DNA of 64,000 bases. Source: Phycisphaerae bacterium. GTDB lineage: Bacteria > Planctomycetota > Phycisphaerae > UBA1845. Below are positions 36,423-47,719 of the stretch, piece by piece. A model generated the notes under the pieces. That model saw only the letters and a list, made by a program, of their open reading frames with translations, did no database searches and was not told the origin of the DNA. The stretch spans positions 224,001 to 288,000 of the forward strand of contig CAXXGO010000005.1 in NCBI GenBank assembly GCA_963666835.2, given 5' to 3'. Numbering within the stretch: position 1 is the first letter of the stretch; the number at the start of each line of letters is the position of its first letter. A program made the translations under genes and the position numbers.

Positions 36423-39400
36423 TCAGGCGCCACCTTCGGTATCGTCCGTGGGCCTGATATCGCGGGCAAGGCGGTCAATCGTCTCGAGATGTTCGGTTCG
36501 CCCGAGCAGAAGCCCCTGAGATACCAGTTCCCGTAGACGTCCGGCTTCACGCGAGAGTTCCATGTGCCCACAGATTCCCCCGGTGCCGATCAGTTGGTGT
36601 AGGATCTCACGGACGGAGGTCTCATCGGATTCGCGCACGGCATTGCGTAGCTTCTGAATCCGATCACCAAGACCTCGCTCGAATTGTGCTATTGCGGCTG
36701 CCAGATCGAGGTCTCTGCGGCTGGGAGTGGCAGGTTCCGAGACTGCGGAGTTGCCGTAATCGTCCGTCGGTCGGTTGAGGTACTCGGAGGCGGCCTCCAC
36801 CAACTTGACCAGGGAGATCGGTTTACGCCAACAGTCGTCAAAGCCGGCCCTGAGGATGCGGCCTTTGTCGTTTTCGGAGGTTGAGGCCGTCAGGGCGATG
36901 ATCGGTCCATCGAAGCCGCTTCGACGAATTGCGTCCGCGGCAGCCAGGCCGTTCATCCGAGGCATTCGGATATCCAGAACGATCAGGTCGAAGGCCTGGC
37001 GGGCGGCGGCCTGAACCGCCTCCTCGCCATCCTCAACGGCGACGACATCCGCCCCTGCTTCGGCCAAGGCGAACAGCACAAGCTCGCGGGCGTCGCGGAA
37101 ATCGTCGGCCAGCAGGACCCTCCCGGCGAGTTTGTGTTCGAACTGCGGGGGACTATCCGGGGCCGAGCCGGGAAGTGAATCAAAGGCCTCGCCGGGCGGC
37201 AGCCAGTCGACATCGTCCAGCGGACCCGTCGGGACAGTCAACGTGAATGTACTGCCTTTGTTCTCGACACTTTCCACCCTGAGGGAACCCGACAGTCGTT
37301 CGGTAATCCACTTGGTGAGCGGTAAGCCGAGTCCGACTCCGCGGGCGACAACGGAGTCGGAGGGATCCTGATCGATTTGCGCAAAAGTCTCGAAGATATG
37401 CTCGACGCCGGTGGGGGGGATTCCGACACCGGTATCTTCAACGCCCACCGTCAGAGCAGGCTCCGGCGCCTCTCGATCGACGCTCACTCGTGCCCAGACA
37501 TGCCCGGCCCGTGTGAACTTGAGGGCGTTACTGATCAGGTTGGTAATTGCCTGTTTCAGCCTGGTCGGATCGGTGTGGATGTGTGCGGGGATATCGGTGT
37601 CGTTGAAGATGCGGAAATCCACGGCAGATCCGTGGTGGAGGTGGGCGGTAAGATTGTGTACATCAACGAGGATCCCGGGCAATGAGCATCGGATCGGCTT
37701 GACGTCGAGTTTACCGGCTTCCACCCTTGAGAGGTCTAACAGATCGTCAATGAGGCAAAGCAGATGTTGCCCGTTTCGCAAGATTCGCTCGCTGAGGTCC
37801 TGCTGCGTCGCATGGTCCGTGTCCGTTCTCTGGAACAACTCGGCGGCGCCGAGCATCGCCGTGATGGGGGTGCGGATTTCATGACTCATATTGGCGAGGA
37901 ACTTGCTTTTCGCGAGATTGGCGGCCTCGGCAGCCTCTTTGGCATTACGTATCTCTTCGGCGGCGCGCTGCCGCTCGGTTATGTCCTGAACCGTGCCGAC
38001 CTTGCCCGTCAACTTCCCGGTCTCGGACACCATGAGTGCCATCTTCATGTCCACCCAACGGACTGCGCCTCCTGGAGTCTGGACTCTGAACTCACCTGAA
38101 TACACGCCGCCCTCTCGGGAGGATCGGAAGGTGTCTTCGATAACCGTTTCTCTGTCCTCGGCGTGAATACACTCATGCCACGCCCAGCCGAGCATGTTGT
38201 CCGGGGATGCTCCGGTAATCTCCTGCATTCGCTCGTTGACGTAGACCCACTGCCCGTCGGCGTCCGTAAGGAGAATCCCAATGGGGGCGGAAAAACAGAG
38301 GAGCCGAAAACGGGCTTCGCTTTCGCGCAGAGCCTGCTCCGCTTGTTTGCGACTGGTAATGTCGGCGTAAATACCGAGGATCCCGACTACCTGTCCATCG
38401 CGATCTCGAAGTGGGACCTTGCTGGTAAGGAGCGTGGCGTCCTTGCCGTCCGCCTGATGCTGCGGTTCCTCGATGTTCAACATCGGTTCGCCGCGGTCCA
38501 TCACTTCGCGGTCGCAGTGGCGGAAGAACTCGGCCTCTTCCCGTTGCCAGGCCAGGTCGTAGTCCGTCTTGCCGATGATGTCCTCCGGAGATCTCAGTCC
38601 CGCGACCCGCGCAAGATTCTGGTTGCACCCCAAAAACACGGAATTGCGGTCTTTCCAGAACACGTAATGCGGCACGTTGGAGATCACGTTGCGGAGCAGT
38701 TCTTCTTGCTCTCTCAACTTCTCCTCGGCCCGCTCGCGTTCCGCGGCCTCGCTTTGCAGGCGTTCGTTCGCACTGGTGAGATCTGCGGTTCGCTCTCTGA
38801 CGCGCTGTTCCAATTCCTCCTGAGCGGATTGCGCCGATTCCTGCGCCCGCTTGTGTTCCGTAATGTCGCGGGCCGTGCCGAGCACTGCAATCGGCTCGCC
38901 GAACTCGTTTCGGACCAGGGTGTTCCGCGTATGCGTAGGGAAAACCGTTCCGTCGGATCGCACGTGCCAGATCTCGCCGCTGAACTCGCCGGTTTCGCGA
39001 ATGCACCGGTTGGCATCTTCCACGCTGGGAAGTTGTTCCGGAGTATGGAAGATGGAGAGGTGTTTATACTGAATCTCTGCCAAAGCAAGTCCGTGCAACT
39101 TCGCGAAGGCGTTGTTGGCGAACAGCAGGTTCCCGTTCAGATCTGCGACGGCGATGCACTCGCTGCTCTGTTCCACGGCGGTAGACAGCAGCCGCAGCTT
39201 CTCTTCCGTCCGCCGGCGCTGCAGGGCATTGGCGATGATCTCTCCGACGATTCGCAGAAGCGCGATTATCTCCTCCGACCAGGACTTGGCTTTGCGAACG
39301 GAATCGAATCCTACGAAGCCGATCAATACCCCGGAGCAGACCATCGGCACGCAGACCAGAGATTCAATCTCCTCCGTTTCCCACTCCTTCCGTTCCGCGG

Positions 39401-40202
39401 ACGCTTCCTGTGGAAGGTCGCTTACGCGCGGCACGTGAATGGTCTCCCTTCGCTTGATTCGCTCGGAGAACCAAGGCAGAGAGGCTGTGGGCAAGTCCTG
39501 TAACCGCGGCATAGCCGGTGGAATGTTCTTGGCACACCATTCGTGCGTGTTGCTCATTCGATTACCGTCGTCCGAGAAGAGAAACACGTAGCTGCGATCT
39601 ACTCGGGCGGATTGGCCTAAGGCCTTAAGGGCATCGTTCACTCCTGCGTGTATCTCGTTTGATGGGAGATTGATGAACTTGGTGGAGATCCCGGAGACAA
39701 CGTATTCGAACTCCATCCTCGCCCGCAGGGCGTGCTCGATCTGCTTTCGCTCCGTGATGTCGTACGCGATGGTCAAACTGGCAGGTTCACCTTCGAACTT
39801 AATCGGGCTGACTCGGCAGTCGATCCAGCAGGTTCCTCCGTCCTTACGCGCGATTCTGATTTCGAATTGGTCGGACAGGTCTTCCCCTCGTTGTCGAGCG
39901 GCATCTCGTTCGCGTACGTAAGGCTTGAACTCTCGGCAGGCGAGATCCACCAGGTCCAACCCTCGCAGCTCCTTCGGCGTGTAACCCGTGAGACTCTCGG
40001 CGGCCGCGCTGGCAAAGCAGATTGTGCGCCCACGGTGGACGATTACCGAAGCGGACAGAGACTCGATGAGGTCGGCGGAGGCCATTCCCCGGCGGGTGTC
40101 GGTCCCTGCGGCGTTGCCGCGCCGCCGGCTCTCCGCCAACTCGGCGCGGAGGGATTCCAGCTCTTGGATCAACTGCGCTTTCGTTTTCCTCGAATCGTTC
40201 AT
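36423..40202 (-). CDS. Cytoplasmic hybrid sensor histidine kinase (PAS-GAF-PAS-PAS-PAS-HisKA-HATPase-REC-Hpt)
   Basis: DITERK PAC ends, FLANMSHEIRTP, NLISNALKFT, DTGVGI, GLGLPL, LDIRMP, LHQLIGTGG. Confidence 0.95.
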   Translation of the reverse strand: MNDSRKTKAQLIQELESLRAELAESRRRGNAAGTDTRRGMASADLIESLSASVIVHRGRTICFASAAAESLTGYTPKELRGLDLVDLACREFKPYVRERDAARQRGEDLSDQFEIRIARKDGGTCWIDCRVSPIKFEGEPASLTIAYDITERKQIEHALRARMEFEYVVSGISTKFINLPSNEIHAGVNDALKALGQSARVDRSYVFLFSDDGNRMSNTHEWCAKNIPPAMPRLQDLPTASLPWFSERIKRRETIHVPRVSDLPQEASAERKEWETEEIESLVCVPMVCSGVLIGFVGFDSVRKAKSWSEEIIALLRIVGEIIANALQRRRTEEKLRLLSTAVEQSSECIAVADLNGNLLFANNAFAKLHGLALAEIQYKHLSIFHTPEQLPSVEDANRCIRETGEFSGEIWHVRSDGTVFPTHTRNTLVRNEFGEPIAVLGTARDITEHKRAQESAQSAQEELEQRVRERTADLTSANERLQSEAAERERAEEKLREQEELLRNVISNVPHYVFWKDRNSVFLGCNQNLARVAGLRSPEDIIGKTDYDLAWQREEAEFFRHCDREVMDRGEPMLNIEEPQHQADGKDATLLTSKVPLRDRDGQVVGILGIYADITSRKQAEQALRESEARFRLLCFSAPIGILLTDADGQWVYVNERMQEITGASPDNMLGWAWHECIHAEDRETVIEDTFRSSREGGVYSGEFRVQTPGGAVRWVDMKMALMVSETGKLTGKVGTVQDITERQRAAEEIRNAKEAAEAANLAKSKFLANMSHEIRTPITAMLGAAELFQRTDTDHATQQDLSERILRNGQHLLCLIDDLLDLSRVEAGKLDVKPIRCSLPGILVDVHNLTAHLHHGSAVDFRIFNDTDIPAHIHTDPTRLKQAITNLISNALKFTRAGHVWARVSVDREAPEPALTVGVEDTGVGIPPTGVEHIFETFAQIDQDPSDSVVARGVGLGLPLTKWITERLSGSLRVESVENKGSTFTLTVPTGPLDDVDWLPPGEAFDSLPGSAPDSPPQFEHKLAGRVLLADDFRDARELVLFALAEAGADVVAVEDGEEAVQAAARQAFDLIVLDIRMPRMNGLAAADAIRRSGFDGPIIALTASTSENDKGRILRAGFDDCWRKPISLVKLVEAASEYLNRPTDDYGNSAVSEPATPSRRDLDLAAAIAQFERGLGDRIQKLRNAVRESDETSVREILHQLIGTGGICGHMELSREAGRLRELVSQGLLLGRTEHLETIDRLARDIRPTDDTEGGA

Positions 40203-40540
40203 CCGTCGCTCTCAACAAGACGCCGCGGAATGTGGCGGACGATACCTCCCACCCCTGCTGGGGCGGGAGCATTGCTGCCGGACTCGACGACCTCCGTGAA
40301 GTCGGCGCGCCCAAGAGACGCAGTTTCCAGTTGGCGCGGTCGCCGAAGCCACGCGAGTTTAGCCAACACCGGCGGTAAGGACAAACTGGGCGTCCTCCCA
40401 CTCATGCCTGGACGCCGGACACGCGCTCACAGTAGAATCCTCGGATATTCAGGCGACGTGACCTTGTGCCGACCTTGGCGGCAAGATATGCGCGTGCGTC
40501 ATCCGATTCGAGAATTCGGAAGAACCTGCGAGGTACGATT

Positions 40541-41596
40541 ATGCGTGTTGCACTGCCGGTTGATTTGCGTAGCGATACCGTCACTCGGCCGTCAGCCGAG
40601 ATGCGCCGGGCGATCGCGGAGGCTGAAGTCGGGGACGATGTCCTCGGCGACGATCCAACGGTCATTCGACTTCAGGAGAAGGTGGCGTCGTTGCTGGGCA
40701 AGGAGGCGGCTCTGTTCATGCCTTCCGGGTCGATGGCCAACCAGACGGCGATTCGTGCCCAGACGCAGCCCGGAGATGAGATCATCGCTCACGCGGAAAG
40801 CCATGTCTACCATTACGAAGGGGGGGCACCGGCGGGGCTTTCCGGATGTTCGTTCCGCTTGTTGCAGGGGAATAGGGGGTTGTTTGACGCGGCAGCGGTA
40901 GCTGCGGCCGTTCGGCCTCCTGATTCGCATTTTCCATCCTCGGCTCTGGTTGTGGTGGAGAACACGCACAATCGCGGCGGCGGTACATGTTGGTCGGTTG
41001 AAGCGATTGCGGAGATCCGAAAAGTTGCGGATGCGTGCGGGTTGCGCGTGCATCTTGACGGCGCCAGGTTGTTGAACGCTTGTGCGGCCAGAGGTTACAG
41101 TCCGGAGGAGTACGCGCGATACGCGGACACGGTATCAATGTGTTTTTCCAAGGGGTTGGGGGCCCCGGTGGGGTCCGCCGTGGCGGGAAGCAGCGAGATC
41201 ATCCGCCGTATTCACCGTTTCAGAAAGATGTTTGGTGGGGGGATGCGGCAAGCCGGAATGATTGCGGCGGCGGCGATGTTCGCCCTGGAGCATAACGTGG
41301 ACCGCCTGCCGGAAGATCATGAGAATGCCCGACGTTTGGCATCTGCACTCAGCGAGCTACCGGGTTTGAACGTCGCCCCCGAAACCGTCGAGACCAACAT
41401 CGTCTACTTCACTGTCAGGGAATCGGCCGGGTCGGCGCGGGATGTGTGCGAAGCTTTGCGGCGGGAGTACGAGGTTTGGATGCTGCCTGTTGCCCAGCAG
41501 CGAATCCGGGCGGTCACCCATCTGGATGTCACCAGCGATGCAGTAGATTACGCCAGCGCGGCGTTTCGCCGGGTACTCAAGGCTCGGACGGTGTGA
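40541..41596 (+). CDS. ltaE: Low-specificity L-threonine aldolase
   Basis: [51 protein letters not shown]. Confidence 0.93.
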   Translation: MRVALPVDLRSDTVTRPSAEMRRAIAEAEVGDDVLGDDPTVIRLQEKVASLLGKEAALFMPSGSMANQTAIRAQTQPGDEIIAHAESHVYHYEGGAPAGLSGCSFRLLQGNRGLFDAAAVAAAVRPPDSHFPSSALVVVENTHNRGGGTCWSVEAIAEIRKVADACGLRVHLDGARLLNACAARGYSPEEYARYADTVSMCFSKGLGAPVGSAVAGSSEIIRRIHRFRKMFGGGMRQAGMIAAAAMFALEHNVDRLPEDHENARRLASALSELPGLNVAPETVETNIVYFTVRESAGSARDVCEALRREYEVWMLPVAQQRIRAVTHLDVTSDAVDYASAAFRRVLKARTV

Positions 41597-41795
41597 TCCT
41601 CAACGCGCAGCGCAGGCATTCAGCCTGCCCCAAGTTGGATGAGCTCCGCGGTCTTCGGGCGTACCTCTGTTCTTGAGCAGGGCAGGGACCGGACGCGGTG
41701 TGCTTGGCCCCGGACCTTTACGAGTCGCAATACGCCGGCCCGGTCAGGCCAATCCACGCTTTTCGGGCGCAATCACTTCATGCAACACGGCCATA

Positions 41796-42911
41796 CTAAA
41801 CACGCGCCGGCGCGGCGATTCCCACCAGAGCTTGTGCCACCTGATCTACCTGCTCGCTCGTAAGATACGGGCACATGGGCAAGGACAACAATTGATCGCA
41901 GTACTTCGTGGTGTACTCGAGAGTGCCCGACGTGATGCATCCCCGAGTGAACGCCAACTGCTGGTCGATCGGCACGGGATAGTGAATTCCGACTCCAATG
42001 CCCTGTTCGTGGAGCCGGTCATAGACCGCGTCCCGCTCGGGGCACCGGACGACGTACTGGTGGAAGACGTGTTCTGCGCCCTGGCGGACTACCGGTAACG
42101 TCAGCCCCGTTGAGGCAAGCGCGCTGCCGTATCTGGCCGCGTGTTTCCGGCGGACATCATTCCATCTATCGAGATGCCGGAGTTTCACCCGCAGAACTGC
42201 AGCCTGGATGCTGTCCAGGCGACTGTTGAAGCCGCGCATCGAATGATAGTGTTTGAATCGGGATCCATAGTTGCGGGCCGCCCGCAGCCAATCGGCCAGC
42301 TTCTTGTCGTTGGTGACGACGGCCCCGCCGTCCCCGAGCGCCCCGAGGTTCTTGCCGGGGAAGAAGCTGAAGCAGGCCGCCTCCCCGAGGCTGCCGCATC
42401 TCTTGCCTTTGTACCTTGCCCCATGAGCCTGGGCGGCGTCTTCTATCACGGTCAGATTGTGCTCGTCGGCAATAATGCGGATTGCGTCCATGTCGGCCGG
42501 CTGACCGTACAGGTGTACGGGGATGATCGCCTTGGTGCGAGATGTGATCGCGGACGACAGTCGCGTCGGGTTCAGAGTATACGTGTCGGGTTCGTGATCG
42601 ACGAGCACCGGGATCGCCCCGGCGTGGTGGATCGCCAGCGCGGTTGCAATGAACGTGTTTCCCGCGGTAATGACTTCGTCCCCCCGCCCAATTCCTGAGC
42701 CCTTGAGGGCGAGAGTCAGGGCGTCCAATCCGCTGCCGACCCCGACGCAGTATTTGGCCTCGCAGAAAGCGGCGAACTCCTCCTCGAATGCGTCCAACTC
42801 GGCTCCGAGGACAAACGCGCTGGAGTCGATGACTGAGCTGATGGCATTGGTTATTTCATTACGTAGTTCGTCGTGTTGAGCTTTCAGATTCACGAGGGGG
42901 ATTGTGGTCAT
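41796..42911 (-). CDS. DegT/DnrJ/EryC1/StrS PLP sugar aminotransferase
   Basis: [43 protein letters not shown]. Confidence 0.95.
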   Translation of the reverse strand: MTTIPLVNLKAQHDELRNEITNAISSVIDSSAFVLGAELDAFEEEFAAFCEAKYCVGVGSGLDALTLALKGSGIGRGDEVITAGNTFIATALAIHHAGAIPVLVDHEPDTYTLNPTRLSSAITSRTKAIIPVHLYGQPADMDAIRIIADEHNLTVIEDAAQAHGARYKGKRCGSLGEAACFSFFPGKNLGALGDGGAVVTNDKKLADWLRAARNYGSRFKHYHSMRGFNSRLDSIQAAVLRVKLRHLDRWNDVRRKHAARYGSALASTGLTLPVVRQGAEHVFHQYVVRCPERDAVYDRLHEQGIGVGIHYPVPIDQQLAFTRGCITSGTLEYTTKYCDQLLSLPMCPYLTSEQVDQVAQALVGIAAPARV

Positions 42912-42923
42912 TGGAGGGTCCTT

Positions 42924-43646
42924 TCATTTGCGCATGCCCAAACCGAGCAGAAACACCGGCCGCAGAATATTCCACCAGCCGATGATCGGCGTCATCTTCG
43001 TATATCCGAGGGAACGCGGGGGGTAGATCTTGCTGCAAGGGACCTCCCGGTGCGCGTAGCCCAGTTTCAGTACCTTCCAGAGCAGGTAGACCTCCAGCCC
43101 GTAGCTGTCGAGCCACGGCTGATGCAGTCGGATTCGCTCATCGTCGAGCACATCCAACCGCAACGCGCGGAAGCCGTTGGTGCTCTCGGTGAGTTTCCTG
43201 CCGCAGAACCACCCCAACAAGCGCGCGTGCAGGCGCGTCGCCCACTTACGGTAGAGTGGCATGTCACCCCCGAACGCTCCGCCGGCGAGGTAGCGGGATC
43301 CGATCACCATAGCGCAGTGATCGTCGCAGATCGGATCCAGCAGGCGGGGGATCTCGGAGGGGTCGTCCTTGTCGTTGCCGGCCAGGATGACCGCGATGTC
43401 GTATCCTTCCCGGCGGGCATAATCCAACCCGGTGCGGATGGCGGCGCCCACGCCGCGCCGTCGTCCGTGAGGCCAGACCTCAGCCCCGCGTTCGCGGGCT
43501 ACGGTTGCGGTGTTGTCGGTCGAGCCGTCGTCTATTACGAGCAGCGTGTCGATGATGGGGGAGTCCGCCCGGTCGACCACGCGGCCGATCTTCCCCTCCT
43601 CGTTATGGGCGGGGACTAAAGCGACGATACTCTTCCCTCTATACAT
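42924..43646 (-). CDS. GT2 glycosyltransferase (DPM1-like)
   Basis: VPAHNEE, IDDGSTDNT, GVGAAIRTG, IGSRY, TESTNGFRA. Confidence 0.9.
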   Translation of the reverse strand: MYRGKSIVALVPAHNEEGKIGRVVDRADSPIIDTLLVIDDGSTDNTATVARERGAEVWPHGRRRGVGAAIRTGLDYARREGYDIAVILAGNDKDDPSEIPRLLDPICDDHCAMVIGSRYLAGGAFGGDMPLYRKWATRLHARLLGWFCGRKLTESTNGFRALRLDVLDDERIRLHQPWLDSYGLEVYLLWKVLKLGYAHREVPCSKIYPPRSLGYTKMTPIIGWWNILRPVFLLGLGMRK

Positions 43647-43672
43647 GGAGTGGTTTCTGAGCCGTCGGAGCG

Positions 43673-44815
43673 TCAGCCCCGGACGGCATTCACCTTTAGC
43701 TTGTCGCGCTCTGCAGTTGGTCTGCCCGGTCCGGCGTACGCTACATCTCCCGCGTTCATTGTGGCGAACCGTCGGTGGTCCGCGTCGATATCCACCGGGC
43801 ACATCACGCCGTCTTGTTGCATTGAGCGTGTGGCGGCCTCGAGTACGCGGGCGATATTCCAACCCTCCGTGACCGTCGATTCACAAGGAGCACCGTCAAG
43901 CACGCTGCTCAGGAACGCCTCAGCCTGATTGATCAAAGGCTCGGTTCGGCGAATGGTCGGAAGGTGGACGTCGGAGTTGCGGATTACGCAATGGAACTCG
44001 CCGAACGAATCGTAGTACGGAGGCTCTGCCAAACCCTTGTCATAGAGACGGAGCGTGTCCTCGGGGTCGACGTCGTCCCAGTGGGCCATCTTCCGCTCTC
44101 CGATGACGGTGAGGGTCCGCATCTTCCGCGGGTTCATCCAACTGACATGGATGTGGCCCAAGGTTCCGTCGGGGTACTTGAGGGTGGCGAAGCAGACATC
44201 CTGGATCTTCTCTTGGGAGATACAACGTCCCAGGGCGGAGATCTCAACCGGAACCGCTCCGAGCAAGTAGTTGAAGATCGAGATGTCGTGCGTGCCCAGG
44301 TCGTACAGGGCGTTTACGTCTCCGCGGATCGGGCCCAGGTTGGTTCGCACGGCATCGAGATACTGAACCCGCCCCAGCTCGCCGGATACCACCATCTCGC
44401 GCAGGCGTCGGATGCCGTTGTTGAAAAGAAACACGTGCCCGACCATCAGGACACGCCCGGAGATACTCGCCAACGCGCCCAGTTCGCGGGCCTCGTCGCT
44501 ACTGGAGCATATAGGTTTCTCCACCAGAACGTGCTTGCCGGCCCGCAACGCGTCGGCGGCAATGGCGGCGTGCGTGTTGGTCGGAGTGGCGATGACGACC
44601 GCATCTATCGCATCGTCGTCCAGCAGCTCTCGGTGGTCGGTGGTACGCCTGACCCCGGGAAACCGTTGCCGGATCCGGTCCAGGCGAGCACCGCTGCAAT
44701 CTGCACAGGCCAGGACATCCGATCGTTCCAACTCGCTGAACACGCGGATGTGGTTCGGGCCCCAGTGCCCACACCCGATAACCCCTATGGCTAGTCGATT
44801 CGCAGTCGTTTCCAT
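43673..44815 (-). CDS. Gfo/Idh/MocA oxidoreductase
   Basis: GVIGCGHWG, DAVVIATP, GKHVLVEKP, MVGH, DLGTHDIS. Confidence 0.93.
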   Translation of the reverse strand: METTANRLAIGVIGCGHWGPNHIRVFSELERSDVLACADCSGARLDRIRQRFPGVRRTTDHRELLDDDAIDAVVIATPTNTHAAIAADALRAGKHVLVEKPICSSSDEARELGALASISGRVLMVGHVFLFNNGIRRLREMVVSGELGRVQYLDAVRTNLGPIRGDVNALYDLGTHDISIFNYLLGAVPVEISALGRCISQEKIQDVCFATLKYPDGTLGHIHVSWMNPRKMRTLTVIGERKMAHWDDVDPEDTLRLYDKGLAEPPYYDSFGEFHCVIRNSDVHLPTIRRTEPLINQAEAFLSSVLDGAPCESTVTEGWNIARVLEAATRSMQQDGVMCPVDIDADHRRFATMNAGDVAYAGPGRPTAERDKLKVNAVRG

Positions 44816-44987
44816 ACTCGCTTGTCTCCCGTACGGCGCAGCTAGCGCCTATCGCCGGTAATATCGGAACTGCGGAGGGGGTGATGAAGTTGCAGGCGTG
44901 AACGGTTTATCTCGGAACGGGGCGAAGGCCCGATAACTAATCGAGATGAGGCAGGCCGATCCTGCGGTGATTATGTGGATGGCGGCG

Positions 44988-46532
44988 TTACGACGGGGCG
45001 GGGACCACGGAAGAGAACGCTCCGTTGGCGGGGCCGTTGAGCAGTTCGAAGAACTTTCCGGTTGCCGCACACAGCTCGGCGATGTTCGCACCGACCAGGA
45101 ACGTCAAATACGAGATCTCGTCTTCCTGACTCAAGATCGTCTCGCGGCGCTTGAGTAAATCGTCGATGTTCAGCCCTCCGGTCAGGTACGACTCCACGCC
45201 GGTTCGGAAGTCGTCCACGTACCGCGGCAAGTTGCCGGCCAGTTGATCGCGGCTGGCGCCCAGGGTGTCGATACGCACCAGCGGTTCCAGGGTATCCACG
45301 AAGATCGCATTCTCTCGCGCCGCGATGGCTTGAGTGAACCGGCGGATATTGGCGTGAGCCTGTCTGGTCAGACTGCCCGTCACTCGATGATCGACCGCGC
45401 TGACATCCAATCCAGCCGAAACCACCCAATCCGACACCCCCTCATTGCGCTCGCGACCTTCGAGATTCGACTCTCCGTTGATTAGAAGGGTAATGTCCCA
45501 CGTGCCTCGTCGGGCCAAGTCGAGCTGTACTTCTGCGTTGCGGACGGCGTTGCGCAGGGTCGCGATTTCCGGGTCCGTAGCAATGCTGGCCTTTAGCACT
45601 TCCTCGTGAGTTAGTCCGGCGAATGGATTGAAAGACTCGTCGACAATTTCGGTCCGGCTGTGGAACGGTATGCCTATCGCCGATTTCAGTCGCTCAAGCT
45701 GAATATCGCGCCATCCGTAGGCGATACGGAGTTCGGCCGCGACTTTGGCAAGTTCCGCTTCGAGTCGGCGAGCATCTGCAGATACATCCCGTCCCTTGAT
45801 CTCCGCCATCATCTTCTGCAGATCCACCAGATCCCGTTGCCAACTCTCCTTATTATGAGCTTGGCGTTGGAGATTCGCCACATCATAGAATTTGAACATC
45901 GCGTTCTGGAGTTGCTGCCGGATCCGCTGGATGTACGCCAGTTGCATATCGTCGAGTTCGTTTCTCCTGAAGATGTCCTCACTCGTACGTTCCAGCTTCT
46001 CCCGGGATTCCCAGAGCGGGTAACGCAGTTCTGCCGAGACGAACGGTTGGTTACCGATGTCGTCGTCCGTCTCGTTGGTGTCGTACCCCACGCCTACGTT
46101 CAAAGCGGTGGTGTCGAAGAAGCGTTTCTCAACTGACAGTTCCACTACATGCTCACGTTCCCGTGTAACAGTTTCGTCGGCCCGGTATTCGCCGAACTCG
46201 TTAGAGACGCGCAGCCGCGGAGTGAGTGAGTCGCGCGATACGTAGAAGAAGTCGTAGCGGGCTTCTTCCGACTTGAATCGCTGATAGCTCGCCTTGATGT
46301 CCGGTTGTAGGTTGAACGCCAGGACAATCAGCGACTGCGGCGATAGCTCGTACACCTCACCTTGGTCCTTGGTGGATAAACGCTCCGCGCGGGCCAGAAC
46401 CGTTACCGATGCCGGGATCGGCAGCTTGATTCGGCTCTGCAGCCCGGCCGAGGGCATCGTGCTGTTGCAGGATACAAGAAACGACAAAACCAGAGCGATG
46501 CCCAAGCCTTTACCGAGACCACGAACACACAT
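44988..46532 (-). CDS. TolC-like outer-membrane efflux protein, probable lipoprotein
   Basis: Lipobox FLVSC; duplicated helical/beta pattern (ALAFNLQPDI.., LRYPLW, ATDPEIATLR..AEVQLDLARR, YLTGGLNIDDLL). Confidence 0.7.
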   Translation of the reverse strand: MCVRGLGKGLGIALVLSFLVSCNSTMPSAGLQSRIKLPIPASVTVLARAERLSTKDQGEVYELSPQSLIVLAFNLQPDIKASYQRFKSEEARYDFFYVSRDSLTPRLRVSNEFGEYRADETVTREREHVVELSVEKRFFDTTALNVGVGYDTNETDDDIGNQPFVSAELRYPLWESREKLERTSEDIFRRNELDDMQLAYIQRIRQQLQNAMFKFYDVANLQRQAHNKESWQRDLVDLQKMMAEIKGRDVSADARRLEAELAKVAAELRIAYGWRDIQLERLKSAIGIPFHSRTEIVDESFNPFAGLTHEEVLKASIATDPEIATLRNAVRNAEVQLDLARRGTWDITLLINGESNLEGRERNEGVSDWVVSAGLDVSAVDHRVTGSLTRQAHANIRRFTQAIAARENAIFVDTLEPLVRIDTLGASRDQLAGNLPRYVDDFRTGVESYLTGGLNIDDLLKRRETILSQEDEISYLTFLVGANIAELCAATGKFFELLNGPANGAFSSVVPAPS

Positions 46533-46672
46533 CTACGATCGGTCCTCCCTAGAAGGAGCTTCTGAAGAGCGGTAACCCCGGCCGTTTCCAACGCGCAAGC
46601 CGGTACAAAGGAATGTATTCGCAACTTGGCCGACGATCAACCGAGCGGGTTGCCTCTGCCGCGGGTTGGCGG

Positions 46673-47479
46673 CTAGCCGGATCGCTTCTCTACGACAACC
46701 AGGCACCGAAACGCGAGCAGAGGCGCGAGTGGTTTCAGCAACCGCTCGAATGACCGGATTGCCGGAGCGAGGGCGTGGGGCAATAGTCGGCGGCGTCCGA
46801 AGCCACCGCTGAGCGGGTACAGCAACAAGTCCAGTTGCTCTCGCCTGATGACCTTGAGGTTTTTCAGTCGTTCATGAAACGAGTTTATCTCCCGCCAGAA
46901 CAGCAAGGTGGGAATGGCCGTGTTGGCGTCCCAGGGGTCCTTGCGTGTTTCCGTTTTCGCGGTTGGTCGGTTCGTGGTCGGCCGGGCCGACATGTCGATG
47001 TTCTCGTGGTGCATATATCGCCACGCCGGCCAGCTCATTGGGGAAACGTAGGGCTCGAGCATGACTATCCGGCCGCCCGGAGCCAGCGTGCGGTCGGCCT
47101 CTTCGAAGAACTGCATAGGATCTTCGAGGTGGTGGAGCACATCGAGCATGATGATATTGGCGAGCTGCTCGTCGCCGAATGGCAGCCGGCATGCATCGGC
47201 GGCGACGTCCAACCAGGGGCAGGGAATGATGTCGCACGTGAAAACGCCGCGGCGCGGTTGTCTTGATCCTCCGTGCCCCGCGCCTACTTCGACATCGCAG
47301 CCCGCCACCGTGCTTCGCGCCGCTCGGATCATCGTCTGGTATCCCTCGTAGATCTCGCGTACGAGAGGGCGCTGCGCCCACAACTCCGCGCGCCGGTCAA
47401 CCTCCGCGCGCGCCCGCTGGGTCTGGAGAGAGGCCTCTCCGATGAGCGGGCCATCCGTTATTGAGGCGGCGGTGGTCAT
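46673..47479 (-). CDS. Class I SAM-dependent methyltransferase
   Basis: VEVGAGHG, ADACRLPF, DVLHHL, LAPGGRIVMLEP. Confidence 0.88.
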   Translation of the reverse strand: MTTAASITDGPLIGEASLQTQRARAEVDRRAELWAQRPLVREIYEGYQTMIRAARSTVAGCDVEVGAGHGGSRQPRRGVFTCDIIPCPWLDVAADACRLPFGDEQLANIIMLDVLHHLEDPMQFFEEADRTLAPGGRIVMLEPYVSPMSWPAWRYMHHENIDMSARPTTNRPTAKTETRKDPWDANTAIPTLLFWREINSFHERLKNLKVIRREQLDLLLYPLSGGFGRRRLLPHALAPAIRSFERLLKPLAPLLAFRCLVVVEKRSG

Positions 47480-47719
47480 GGCTCGAACGTCACCTTCTGA
47501 AGGTCGCGAATCCTCCGATGATCCGGGCGCACACCCATTATTATCGGTACTTGCCGTCGTCTGCTGGAACGGGACGGGCGGGGTTGAACCCGGTTCGGCG
47601 GTTTTTCGGGCAGTGCGGCAGCCCGTGCAAGGCAAGCGCGGCCCTTCATCCGCCGATAACCATGCCGGAGTGCCCTCGCGCGGTGCTCATGGGACGGGAA
47701 TACTACGTTTTTTCGGACG